In this document: piece after piece, positions 35,437 to 47,444 of the stretch | Layout: each line of letters starts with the position of its first letter | Numbering within the stretch: the first letter of the stretch is position 1 | NCBI RefSeq assembly: GCF_044704955.1 | Contig: NC_091999.1 | Coordinates: forward strand, 26,722,001 to 26,786,000 | DNA from: Pristiophorus japonicus | Taxonomy: Eukaryota | Length of the DNA stretch: 64,000 nucleotides | Direction of reading: 5' to 3' | Program-made: the position numbers and the translations under genes | The notes under the pieces: generated by a model | Told to the model about the DNA's origin: nothing | What the model saw: only the letters and a program-made list of their open reading frames with translations | Databases searched by the model: none

Positions 35437-37563
35437 CTAGAGCATAGTGCAACCTCTACCTAACCTATTGTGGGGGGTGGGAGTGGAGTCGTTTGTTGAC
35501 CTCCACTCCTTCAGCAGCCCAGTGAGGAACCTTTTGAGCCGGCGCAGCTCAAGGCCTTGCGCCTTTGATAAGGGCCCGCCCACGGCCATGGTTTTAGCGG
35601 CGGCGCGGACGGAAGCGATGAGCAGCCCCGGCTCAGACCATCTTTCTCGGGCCAGATGGGTTCGGTTGCGGCGACCCTGGCGCTGGACCAAAAAGTCCCG
35701 GAGTTCCTCGACGGGAATGAGGGGGGATTCAGCGGCGGTCACGAGGAGATCTACCGCCTCACTGGCGATGGACTCGAGATCTTCACCCGCGTCCTCCACC
35801 GAGTCCCCGTCCTCCTCCGGGAGGTCGCCGCTAGCAGCCGGCTCGTCGACCGCACGAGGTATGGCAAACGGCCCGGCCGCTCCATCTGGCCCTGGCTCTG
35901 CCCCAATCCCACCCCAGGATCGTCGGCAGAGGAGTCCCCACTGAGCTCTTTTAAAATTGGTACTGGGTCGGGAACCAACAGCGGAAGGGTTTCCTCCTCC
36001 GCCCCAGGAACCGCGGAACACGGAGAGACCTGGTCAAAGTAATGTTCCAGGTCCTCCAAGTACCCCAGCTCCAAAGTAGGTGGCGAAGGTTGTTGTTCTT
36101 CCCCCTCCCCGCCGCCACCCCCCGGCCCAGCGTGTACAGAATCGTTAAAATTAATCCATTTTCAGTTTCTTCCGGGCCGAGCGACTCTAGGGGGCAGATA
36201 ATTAATATCTGGGCGGGCTCAGGTTCGGACTGTTCGGCCCCGCCTGCCTCAGTCCCGGGGACGCTCGACTCGGCGGCTACGCATTCCACCGCTGGCCCGT
36301 CGCCCCCCTCGTCAGGCAGATCATTCACACCATCCCCGGGAGGCAGAGGCCGGGCAGCCTCGACTGCCTCACCCTCCCCGGGGACAGATTCCTCACGCCT
36401 GCAGCGCAATTTGGGGGCGCTGGTGGGGGACGCGGGACACGCGGCGGGCACCGACTCCTCCGCGGAGGGATGTTGTTCCCCCTCCGCCTCATTGGAGCGG
36501 CGCCTCCTTTTGTTCCTGGGAGGGCGTGGAGGCAGGGAGACCTCCATGTCTGCCGAGGCCTCCCGCTCCACCCACCCCCTTTTTCTTTTCTTGCCCGCGC
36601 CCGAGCGCCTCTGTGATACTGGTCAAGGGCTCAGGCACGGGCTCAGGGCATCCCGCGCTCGCCGGTGACGGGGTTGGCCCGAGCGCGGTAAACAGATTGT
36701 CTGGCGCACTGTGGGGTCCCGCCTCTAGATGTTTCGCCTTCTTCCGTGCCTTCTTTCCGGTCGGACGCTGTCCCTCCCCCCCCGCCGGAGGCCGTGAAAA
36801 CAATGGCCTCCGACGATGCCCGCGCACCTACGGCTCCCGGCACGTGGACGCTACTAGGGGGAGGTGTGGCGGCGGCGCAAGCCTTGGCCACCCTCGGTGG
36901 TTTGGCGGCTTTGGAGGCGGGGCAGTTCTTGCGAACGTGCCCCACATCACTGCAGGCATGGCACCGCAACCCGTTCGACGTCCAGAAGACGTGGTAGGCA
37001 GTCCAATCGTGCACCACATTGAAATTGCCCTCCGTCGTCTCCTCCCGCGCCAGCCGGACAAAGAGCTGGCGGCGGAAGGAGAACACATGGCGCAGGCTGT
37101 TCTCCCTGAGGCCGAGCGGTATGGGGTTGATCCCCGACCTTACCTCCCCCATTTGGTGTAGATGAGGGAGGAGGAGCTCAGCGGGATCAAAGGGCGGGAC
37201 GTTTGAAATGATGACCCTCTGCGCGGTGGCCTCGAGAGGGTCCACCGGCAGGAACACCCCGCCCACCATGAGCCCCTTTTCAATGGCCAGGGACATCGCC
37301 CGCTCTGACCCCAGGAAGAACACGGCCTTCCCAGACATCTTGGAGACTTCGACAATGGCCGAGGGGCCGACTACCCCAGCCATCGCCCGCACGCACTCCT
37401 CAATGCTCATTGCGGGTTTAGTGTAGCCCTTGACCCCGTGTTTTTTAGTTATCAGTCTGAATGGTGGCAGGGCAGAAGGAGGCGCAGGAGGTGCCGTGGA
37501 TGTGGATGCCACCTGCGCATAAGTCCTAGCTGGCCCTGCCACCGGCGTGGATGGGGTCGCCAT
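35437..37563 (-). pseudogene. Tx1 ORF1 (gag-like, CCHC knuckle), frameshifted
   Basis: MATPSTPVAGPARTYAQVA..., AVFFL, VIISNVPPF, LRHVFSFRRQ, CHACSDVGHVRKNC. Confidence 0.88.
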
Positions 37564-38505
37564 CACGGGGTCCCTTTCAGGGCTACACCCACCCCAAAGT
37601 CACATGCCTTAATTGTCTTAAGTGGCCTCGTTTAAATATTTAACAGCGGGAGCTCTGAAAGAGGCACTCCTCTCCCCTAGTTGGCATTTGGGGAGGGGCC
37701 TTGCTCCCTCTGCTCAGTTGTCTAAATTGTTCTTGTCTTTTTTTTTTCCAATTGGGAGGAAGGGCTCTCAGAGAGAGAGGGGAGAGACAGAGAGAGAGAT
37801 AGAGTGAGGGGTTGTGGGAAAGAGGGAGGCTGCAAGGGCAGATCTCCCCTCACAGTAATGGGTGGGTGCACTCCCCAGATGGCAAACAAAACAGTCTTTG
37901 GGGTTGACTTCGGGTGGGGCAGAAGATGTCTTCACCTGGGGCAGCTGGAGCCACACAGGTACACACTCCCAACGATGTTAATTAGGGTGATTTAGTTTCT
38001 TCAGCCTGGTAGCTCCAGCTATCCCAGGCTAGGCAATGGGGGAGGGGTGCTTCAGTGGTGTGTGGGCCTAGCTGTAGTCAAGACCCCCACATACACTTCC
38101 ACACACACACACACCCCCCGCGATGTTCTGGCCCTCGATTGGTCATCTTTCCTCCCCCCACCGATACAACAAAGTCTTTTTGGTGAATGCACCAAAACAC
38201 ACCCACCTTTGGCTGAAGAAGTCTTTCCCTCCTTCCACATTGGCAAGTTGTTGTTCTTTTTCCCCCCTCTCTCCAAATCTTTGTTGAAATAATGAAGGTG
38301 TTGCAGTCTTCTGCTCTCCTCCTCTCACTCTAGATGAATGGTAATGAAGCCCCTTCCTTCCTCCAGTTCCTGGGCTGGTCTCAGGGCTCACTCCAGGCCT
38401 TCCAGACGGGAGCTAAAGCAGGGAGTTCCTTCTCTCACAGCAGCTAGGCTCCAAGTGCATAGGCCACGCCTCCAAAGCTCCACCATTGGTCCTTGTGCAT
38501 GAAAC

Positions 38506-38694
38506 TCTTTTTGGGAGTAAACAAAAAACATTAAACCGTAACCTCCCCCCGATCTGGGGGAAATACCACACATTTACAGGCCCTTTTATTTTTTTGTGGT
38601 ATTTTTTGGGGGGGGTTTTTGGGCACAGAAACATATTTTTTTCCAAGTGCCCCCTATAAAAGGGGAGGGGGACACTAAAAGCACCGGCAATTAA
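38506..38694 (-). mobile_element. Second, heavily 5'-truncated Tx1 copy (3' UTR only) at the same CR1 site
   Basis: Homologous but not identical to 31368-31520 (ccccgatctggggg; ccaagtgccccctataaaaggggagggggacactaaaagcaccggcaattaa). Confidence 0.9.
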
Positions 38695-39390
38695 TGTTAG
38701 TTTGCAGGTGCAACAGGTAATCAGGAAGGCGAATGGAATGTTGACCTTCATTGCCAGAGAGATGGAGTACAATAGCAGGGAGGTCCTTCTGCAACTGTAT
38801 AGGGTATTGGTGAGGCCGCACCTGGAGTACTGCGTGCAGTTTTGGTCACCTTACTTAAGGAAGGATATACTAGCTTTGGAGGGGGTACAGAGACGATTCA
38901 CGAGGCTGATTCAGGAGATGAGAGGGTTACCTTATGATGATAGACTGAGTAGACTGGGTCTTTACTCGTTGAAATTCAGAAGGATGAGGGATGATCGATA
39001 GAAACATTTAAAACAATGAAAGGCATAGACAAAATAGAGGCAGAGAGGTTGTTTCCACTGGTCGGGGAGACTAGAACTAGGGGGCCCAGCCTCAAAATAC
39101 GGGGGAGCCAATTTAAAACTCAGTTGAGAAGGAATTTCTTCTCCCACAGAGTTGTGAATCTGTGTAATTTACTGCAAAGGGGAGGAATTGAGGATAGCTC
39201 ATTGAATGTATTCAATTCACAGAAAGATAGATTTTTAACCAATAAGGGAGTTAAGGGTTATGGGGAGCGGGCGGGTAAGTGGAGCTGAGTCCACGGCCAG
39301 ATCAGCCATGATCTTGTTGAATGGCGGAGCAGGCTCGAGATGCAAGATGCCCTACTTCTGTTACTAATTCTTATGTTCTTATGTTCTTAT
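38695..39390 (+). mobile_element. CR1, right part with 3' tail
   Basis: Resumes ...LQVQQVIRKANGML, LVRPHLEYCVQFW, ends with (ttcttatg)n tail at ~39368-39391. Confidence 0.95.
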
Positions 39391-39754
39391 GAAGGTGTCC
39401 ATCAGAACAAGGGAAATGCTTTACCACTGGATTTATTGACGGTTCTGTTGGTGATTATCAATGGGATCGCTTCATGTCCCACCACACAGGAGTGAGAGGC
39501 GCCGCTCGCCCACTCCTCGGCTGCAATGGATAGCAGGCTGTACATGAAGAAGGAGCTGCTGCCGTTCTCCGCCATCAACTCGGTGTTCATGGAGTTGCCG
39601 GAATCCACGGGCTTGTCATTGACGGTCCATTTGATGAAGATCTCTCGGGGGGAGAAACCTCTCACTAAGCAGGTGAGGCTGACCAACCTCTGAGCAGAGA
39701 CTTCTTCTGCTGAGGGCAGGAGGACAGACACGGCCGCTTCCCGCGGATCTTTCG
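39391..39754 (-). pseudogene. IGHM: IgM Cmu4 exon plus 5' part of secretory tail
   Basis: AG acceptor 39756-39755; [13 protein letters not shown]...[17 protein letters not shown]...[19 protein letters not shown]...NKSSGK matches shark Cmu4; tail frameshifted (ISLVLMDTF in another frame). Confidence 0.95.
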
Positions 39755-40672
39755 CTGTAGAACAGTTACAACAAAGGCCAATGAACTGGTTAGTTCCAGA
39801 GACAATGGGGGAATTTCAACCCAATACAGCGGGCGCATTTTGGGCGTGGTGGTTGTTAAATTGGTAAAAATTAGAATCCCTACCTCAACTCGCTCACTTC
39901 CGGTTGTAATATTATATTTCAGTAATATATTTAAATGAGACTTGAATCCTCTATTTTAACCACCATTTGGTGTTTAACAGTCGCTGGTCCGGTTTGACAC
40001 ACTTTGTAAATCTCAGCAGTTACAGCAAGGTGGAGATTGCTGCTCCCAGGTGGTAATTGCCCTTACACCTACCTCCTGAATCCAGGGTCCCTGCCTAACC
40101 CACCCCCCGCGATCCGCGACCTCCTCACTCGGCTTCCAATCCTCCCGTTTTCACTGGTGGCCTGTGAGATCAACGCCCACAACTCGCCTTCCTCATTTAA
40201 ATTCAGCCAATTTCCGGTGGTTAGATGTGAGAGAAATGGACACTGCGTTTAATTTTTTACGCTTTTCCTTTTCCCCTCTGTTGCCTCTCTGGTTTTCCAT
40301 CCCTTATCCGAGGGAATGTAATCTTTCTCTCTGAAATCTTGAAGCATTGGACTGGAAAATGACAAAGAATTTAATGCACAGAACGATGAGATTTGGCTAA
40401 CTGGTCTATGCCGGTGTTTATGATCCACACAAGCCTCCTACGAGCCCACTTCATCTAAACCTAATAATATACCCTTCTATTTTTTTCTCGCTCATGGACT
40501 TATCCAGTTTCCCCTAAAATACATAATGTCAGGTCCCAGAGTGCTGAGTTGGTGGATTTACCAACCTGAATGATCAGAGTAGCCATTAAACACTTTATAT
40601 AATCAATTGGCCCTTGCACACGCATCGAAATTGTCGCAGTGTCTCAATTATTGCAACAATTTCCCCGCTCAC

Positions 40673-40980
40673 CCTTTTCCTTGTGGATGGAATCTCTGAG
40701 AGGAGTCGACATATCCTGATGGCTCACCACGCAGTAGAACCTATCCCCACTCAGCCAGTCTTCTGTCGAGATGTTTAAGTTGCTGATCACACTGTTGGGA
40801 TCCTCTCCGGGTTGGACGGCAATCTCTGATTTCAAAGTCTCGTTTTTTCGGGTCCAGGTCAGGGTGAGCCCGTAAGGAACGTCAGACACGACGTACGTTA
40901 AGGTCACCGTGGCCTCCAGTAAAACCTGTTCCAGTGACGGTGGGCGAAGAGTGATTTTTAATCGCTGCATGGGACATCCA
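40673..40980 (-). pseudogene. IGHM: IgM Cmu3 exon
   Basis: VDVPCSD then frameshift then [24 protein letters not shown]...[15 protein letters not shown]...IHKEK; first canonical Cys is Tyr; AG/GT boundaries present. Confidence 0.93.
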
Positions 40981-41689
40981 CTGCGAAACAGGAATGAAAG
41001 TAAGGAAAAGCCGCATCTTCAGAATCAGGACACCAATAATTAGCCTTAACTCTTTCAAGGGGAATAACTCACTTTTGAGATATCAACCTCTCGCTATTGC
41101 TTGAACACTTTCGTTATGGAAGGGCAATGAATTGGCAACGATTCTGGGAGGTCTGTAATATTTCCTGTGTATTTGAGCCAGAGCCACCTGTAATGGGCTG
41201 TGAAGCAAATACCTGGCCTACAATGGGAATACATTGGGACACAATTGTGATAGGCACTGAATGGCGCTCTCCCTGCAATCCCTTGCTCCTTTACGCCCGT
41301 CTATAGATTCTTGCACCCAAACGCATCTCCACTGCGTATAATAGCTGATGCCCGATAATCCCCAAGTTCAAGAGGTCGACACCAGCATTATACTGGTTCA
41401 AAACCAGTGTCAAATTAATTGCAGGATTTATGGGACAACAGGAAACAAAGTTAAGTTTCTAGTCTTTTGCTGCTATTTTTGTTGCGATGAAAATGTGCAG
41501 GAACCAGTCACATCCCACGTCAGAGGAGAAGTGCAAGGTCCGGAGAATGGAGTTGCAAGGAATCTTTTGTGGTGGGGCATCATTTGTAATGAGGTGAGGT
41601 AGTTTGTTAATATCTGTAATTACTGAACATTTATCATGTCTGGTGAGAGAGATTCAGAAAGCACTATGACCTCAGGGCATTAATATCAA

Positions 41690-42190
41690 CATAGGAATAG
41701 GAGAAGGCCATTCAGCCCATCCATCCTGTCCCGCCATCCAGTTAGATCATGGCTGATCAACACTCAACACCATCTTCACGCCTTGGCTATGTAACCCATG
41801 ATAACCTTGCCGAACAAAAATCTATCAATCTCAGTTTTCAACTTTTCAATAGAAAGCAAGTGTCAGCAGCTTTTGGGGAGGGAAATCCCGACTTGCACTA
41901 TTCTTCCTTTGAGAAATTCCTTTCTGACATCACCTGTGCACGGCCTAACTCTAATGTTAAGGTTCTGCTACTTGTTCTGGACTCTCCCATCAAACTAAAT
42001 CAATGTTTCTATATCAACTCGATCAATTCCATTTATCAACTTAAACACGTCAATTGGATCATCTCTTAACGTTCCATACTCGCCACCTGATCATTTTACA
42101 TTATTAGCCCCGGTATAATTCGGGTAAACATGCAGTTTAGCACCTCCACGTATATCCTTCCTCAGGTGCAGAGCCCAGAATTGGGCTCAG
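41690..42190 (-). mobile_element. Old CR1 3' fragment
   Basis: ataggaataggagaaggccattcagccc 3'-end signature; degraded RT C-terminal sequence. Confidence 0.65.
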
Positions 42191-42279
42191 TACTCTGAAT
42201 AGGGTAGATGCCCATTCTTGCAGTGGGTTCCTGGACAGTTAGCAGTAAAGGATTCCAGACTCCTATTGCCGTTGCGTAT

Positions 42280-45200
42280 ATAGAAACATAGAAACATAGA
42301 AAATAGGTGCAGGAGTAGGCCATTCGGCCCTTCTAGCCTGCACCGCCATTCAATGAGTTCATGGCTGAACATTCAACGTCAGTACCCCATTCCTGCTTTC
42401 TCGCCATACCCCTTGATCCCCCTAGCAGTAAGGACCTCATCTAACTCCTTTTTGAATATATTTAGTGAATTGGCCTCAACAACTTTCTGTGGTAGAGAAT
42501 TCCACAGGTTCACCACTCTCTGGGTGAAGAAGTTCCTCCGCATCTCGGTCCTAAATGGCTTACCCCTTATCCTTAGACTGTGACCCCTGGTTCTGGACTT
42601 CCCCAACATTGGGAACATTCTTCCTGCATCTAACCTGTCTAACCCCGTCAGAATTTTATATGTTTCTATGAGGTCCCCTCTCATTCTTCTGAACTCCAGT
42701 GAATACAAGCCCAGTTGATCCAGTCTTTCTTGATAGGTCAGTCCCGCCATCCCGGGAATCAGTCTGGTGAACCTTCGCTGCACTCCCTCAATAGCAAGAA
42801 TGTCCTTCCTCAGGTTAGGAGACCAAAACTGTACACAATACTCCAGGTGTGGCCTCACCAATGCCCTGTACAACTGTAGCAACACCTCCCTGCCCCTGTA
42901 CTCAAATCCCCTTGCTATGAAGGCCAACATGCCATTTGCTTTCTTAACCGCCTGCTGCACCTGCATGCCAACCTTCAATGACTGATGTACCATGACACCC
43001 AGGTCTCTTTGCACCTCCCCTTTTCCTAATCTGTCACCATTCAGATAATAGTCTGTCTCTCTGTTTTTACCACCAAAGTGGATAACCTCACATTTATCCA
43101 CATTATACTTCATCTGCCATGCATTTGCCCATTCACCTAACCTATCCAAGTCGCTCTGCAGCCTCACAGCATCCTCCTCGCAGCTCACACTGCCACCCAA
43201 CTTAGTGTCATCCGCAAACTTGGAGATACTACACTCAATCCCCTCATCTAAATCATTAATCTACAGTGTAAACAGCTGGGGCCCCAGCACAGAACCCTGC
43301 GGTACCCCACTAGTCACTGCCTGCCATTCTGAAAAGTACCCATTTACTCCTACTCTTTGCTTCCTGTCTGACAACCAGTTCTCAATCCATGTCAGTACAC
43401 TACCCCCAATCCCATGTGCTCTAACTTTGCACATCAATCTCTTGTGTGGGACCTTGTCGAACGCCTTCTGAAAGTCCAAATATACCACATCAACTGGTTC
43501 TCCCTTATCCACTCTACTGGAAACATCCTCAAAAAATTCCAGAAGATTTGTCAAGCATGATTTCCCTTTCACAAATCCATGCTGACTTGGACCTATCATG
43601 TCACCTCTTTCCAAATGCACTGCTATGACATCCTTAATAATTGATTCCATCATTTTACCCACTACCGATGTCAGGCTGACCGGTCTATAATTCCCTGTTT
43701 TCTCTCTCCCTCCTTTTTTAAAAAGTGGGGTTACATTGGCTACCCTCCACTCCATAGGAACTGATCCAGAGTCAATGGAATGTTGGAAAATGACTGTCAA
43801 CACATCCACTATTTCCAAGGCCACCTCCTTAAGTACTCTGGGATGCAGTCCATCAGGCCCTGGGGATTTATCGGCCTTCAATCCCATCAATTTCCCCAAC
43901 ACAATTTCCCGGCTAATAAGGATTTCCCTCAGTTCCTCCTCCTTACTAGACCCCCCGACCCCTTTTATAACCGGAAGGTTGTTCGTGTCCTCCTTCGTGA
44001 ATACCGAACCAAAGTACTTGTTCAATTGGTCCGCCATTTCTTTGTTCCCCGTTATGACTTCCCCTGATTCTGACTGCAGGGGACCTACGTTTGTCTTTAC
44101 TAACCTTTTTCTCTTTACATATCTATAGAAACTTTTGCAATCCGTCTTAATGTTCCCTGCAAGCTTCTTCTCATACTCCATTTTCCCTGCCCTAATCAAA
44201 CCCTTTGTCCTCCTCTGCTGAGTTCTAAATTTCTCCCAGTCCCCAGGTTCGCTGCTATTTCTGGCCAATTTGTATGCCACTTCCTTGGCTTTAATACTAT
44301 CCCTGATTTCCCTTGATAGCCACGGTTGAGCCACCTTCCCTTTTTTATTTCTATGCCAGACAGGAATGTACAATTGTTGTAGTTCATCCATGCGGTCTCT
44401 AAATGTCTGCCATTGCCCATCCACAGTCAACCCCTTAAGTATCATTCGCCAATCCATCTCAGCCAATTCACGCCTCATACCTTCAAAGTTAGCCTTCTTT
44501 AAGTTCTGGACCATGGTCTCTGAATTAACTGTTTCATTCTCCATCCTAATGCAGAATTCCACCATATTATGGTCACTCTTCCCCAAGGGGCCTCGCACAA
44601 CGAGATTGCTAATTAATCCTTTCTCATTACATAACACCCAGTCTAAGATGGCCTCCCCCCTAGTTGGTTCCTCGACATATTGGTCTAAAAAACCATCCCT
44701 TATGCACTCCAGAAAATCCTCCTCCACCGTATTGCTTCCAGTTTGGTTAGCCCAATCTATGTGCATATTAAAGTCACCCATTATAACTGCTGCACCTTTA
44801 TTGCACGCACCCCTAATTTCCTGTTTGATGCCCTCCCCAACATCACTACTACTGTTTGGAGGTCTGTACACAACTCCCACTAACGTTTTTTGCCCTTTGG
44901 TGTTCTGCAGCTCTACCCATATAGATTCCACATCATCCAAGCTAATGTCCTTCCTAACTATTGCCTTAATCTCCTCCTTAACCAGCAATGCTACCCCACC
45001 TCCTTTTCCTTTTATTCTATCCTTCCTGAATGTTGAATACCCCTGGATGTTGAGTTCCCAGCCCTGCTCATCCTGGAGCCACGTCTCCGTAATCCCAATC
45101 ACATCATATTTGTTAACATCTATTTGCACAGTTAATTCATCCACCTTATTGCGGATACTCCTTGCATTAAGACACAAAGCCTTTAGGCTTGTTTTTTTAA

Positions 45201-45660
45201 CACCCTCTGTCCTTTTAGAATTTTGCTGTACAATGGCCCTTTTTGTTCTTTGCCTTGGGTTTCTCTGCCCTCCACTTTTCCTCATCTCCTTTCTGTCTTT
45301 TGTTTTTGCCTCCTTTTTGTTTCCCTCTATCTCCCTGCATTGGTTCCCATCCCCCTGCCATATTAGTTTAACTCCTCCCCAACAGCACTAGCAAACACTC
45401 CCCCGAGGACATTGGTTCCGATTCTGCCCAGGTGCAGACCGTCCGGATTGTACTGGTCCCACCTCCCCCAGAACCGGTTCCAATGCCCCAGTAATTTGAA
45501 TCCCTCCCTGCTGCACCATTGCTCAAGCCACGTATTCATCTGAGCTATCCTGCGATTCCTACTCTGACTAGCACGTGGCACTGGTAGCAATCCCGAGATT
45601 ACTACTTTTGAGGTCCTACTTTTTAATTTAGCTCCTAGCTCCTTAAATTCATTTCGTAGG
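42280..45660 (-). mobile_element. Young CR1 LINE, ORF2 essentially complete with one nonsense codon, in the Cmu2-Cmu3 intron
   Basis: ORFs 43261-45285 and 42379-43200 are in frame, separated by one TAG (QLFTL*INDLDEG...KFADDTK); esterase-like ORF1 end (DGLHL) at 45363-45590; (ctatgttt)n tail. Confidence 0.96.
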
Positions 45661-45769
45661 AATGATCAGCCAACTCAGGATATACCTTAGACTAAGGACA
45701 CGTCACTCACTGCCTGACACCAGAGCAAGGGGAAAACTTCTTTGGCGAGGTTAATAAATCCTGAGCAAT

Positions 45770-46200
45770 GAGGAATCCTGAACCAGAAGATCGTGGGTTG
45801 AAGTCCCACTCCAGATATTTGATCACAATATGTAAGCAGAGTCTCTCAGTGCAGTGCTGGGGGCCTGGTGCATTGTCGGAGGTGCCGTATTTCGGATCAT
45901 GTGTTAAACCAAGAATCCATCTAGCCTCTCAGGTGGAGGTAAAAGTTCCCCTGGAATTATTTCAATGAAAAGCAGAGGAGTTCTCCCTTGTGGCCTGTGA
46001 ATATTAATCCCTCAAGAAATAACACTAAACAAAAAAAATGGTCGTTATCACACTGCTGTTTGTGGGAGCTTGCTGTGCACTAGGTGACTGCCGCACTTTG
46101 TACATTACAACTGTGACCACATTTCACAACTTAATTCATTGCCTGGCAAGCGCTTTGGTTCAGTCTGTGGTCGCTGAAGGCGCTGTATAAAGTCAAAATT
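45770..46200 (+). mobile_element. tRNA-derived Deu-domain SINE (SacSINE1-like)
   Basis: B-box-like gggttgaagtccc; Deu core gtcggaggtgccgtatttcggat...; tail tgctgtttgtgggagcttgctgtgc...acattacaac. Confidence 0.8.
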
Positions 46201-46332
46201 GTATCGCAAGAATACACAAACTGCATGATTGGGAATTAGGAATATTCCTCTGTTTCTACTAATTTCAATCAAAGTCCTGACTGAGATCAGCGCTCAGAAT
46301 GGTCTGGAACCTCCCTGGATTGTGCCTCTTAC

Positions 46333-46645
46333 CCTGAGATCTGCTGAAGTTACGGCTTTGTGTGCCCCCTTCATGAGTGACTTGGCAGGTGTAGACCGAG
46401 CCGGTGAACCATTCCCTGGCGGGGAGTGTCAGCCGACTGGCCGTCAAAACGTTTCCGTTCATCTCAAAGGCGGGAGAGGTGATGAAGCCCGAATCCAGGA
46501 GTTGTCCACTCTTCAGCCAATTCATGGTCAGTGACTTTGGCCTTAATTCGATGATTGAACACATGGCGCTTGCATATCTGCTGCTGATGATTTGTTCAGT
46601 GGAACATGGCAAGAGGAGAACAATTGGAGGAACAATGATCCGTTC
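46333..46645 (-). pseudogene. IGHM: IgM Cmu2 exon (5' boundary degenerate)
   Basis: VPPIVLL...CSII...NWLKSGQLLDSGFITSP...SRLTLPAREWFTGSVYTCQVTHEGGTQSRN matches shark Cmu2; GT donor at 46332; no phase-compatible acceptor found. Confidence 0.92.
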
Positions 46646-46794
46646 ACGACGTTCACGAGAAGGCATTTTATTGACATTGCTTGCAAAATAAATGAGTAAG
46701 AAATGCAAAGTGTCCTTATATTTTAACAAGTTCTTTGCTGTCAGATTCACACCAACCTGGCATTTGCAGAGAGCAAAATTGTGCACAGTATACT

Positions 46795-47105
46795 CAGTGT
46801 AATATGCAGACCAGAACTGTGCATAATATTCTAAGTGCGATATGGGGATCAGAACCATGCACAGTATTCTAAGTGTGATATGGAGACCAGAGCTGTGCAT
46901 ACTATTCTAAGTACGATATGGAGACCAGAACTTTACACAGTATTCTAAGTATGAGATGGAAACCAGAATTGTAAACAATATTCTAAATGTGATAAGGAAA
47001 CTAGAACTGTGCACAGTATTCTAAGTATTATATGGAGACCAGAACTATGCACAGTACTCTAAGTGTTGTCTAACCAAGTTTCTATACAAGTTCAACATAA
47101 CTTCT
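46795..47105. repeat. 38-bp minisatellite derived from CR1 sequence, Cmu1-Cmu2 intron
   Basis: Unit tattctaagtgtgatatggagaccagaactgtgcacag (46827, 46865); last copy runs into CR1-like gtctaaccaag...tatacaagttcaacataacttc. Confidence 0.85.
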
Positions 47106-47144
47106 CACCTTATCACAGATTGCCCTGTATCCCACATCATTAAC

Positions 47145-47444
47145 CTGACATTGTGATGTTCCACACCGACACACCACGTCGAACCTCGCAGCAGATTGTG
47201 CTGCTCCCCACCTCCGACTCGGTGATGGTTAACTGGCTGCTCAGGGTGCAGGTTCAATTCTTTTTGAGCAATGACGGGTAGGTCTTCAATCCAGTGGTGA
47301 TCGGCTCTTTATCTTCCTTCCAGAAAAGGCTGATGATGTCAGGGGAGTAGTCCATCACCAAACAGCCCTACGTGATGGAGCCATCGGTGCTGGGTTGTTC
47401 ACAGGAGGAGAGCAGGGCGCAGAGGGTGGGGGGAGACGGTGTTA
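47145..47444 (-). pseudogene. IGHM: IgM Cmu1 exon with two in-frame stops
   Basis: VTPSPPTL...[21 protein letters not shown]...[40 protein letters not shown]...CEVRRG; stops at 47370-47368 and 47256-47254; 300-nt exon with AG/GT. Confidence 0.95.

Larger units (their letters stand above)
31368..38487 (-). mobile_element. Full-length Tx1-clade non-LTR retrotransposon (~7.1 kb), frameshifted
   Basis: GC-rich; ORF1 (37563-35437) with CHACSDVGHVRKNC knuckle; ORF2 (35434-31546) with SLNIN, LQETH, GGDFN, WRPVSLLSTDYKI, GVRQGCPMSG, AYADD, CNFC...ESVFHVFIEC; bounded by TSD. Confidence 0.95.

Noticed and set aside
31368-38694. Direct repeats flanking Tx1 read as LTRs
   Set aside because: Element encodes APE-RT with no integrase or TG...CA ends; the repeats are a target duplication plus a second 3'-UTR stub
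41330-41620. Possible extra Ig constant exon between Cmu2 and Cmu3
   Set aside because: No Cys-Trp-Cys Ig pattern or compatible splice sites in the frames inspected
44366-45391. 341-aa plus-strand ORF
   Set aside because: Antisense shadow of CR1 ORF2
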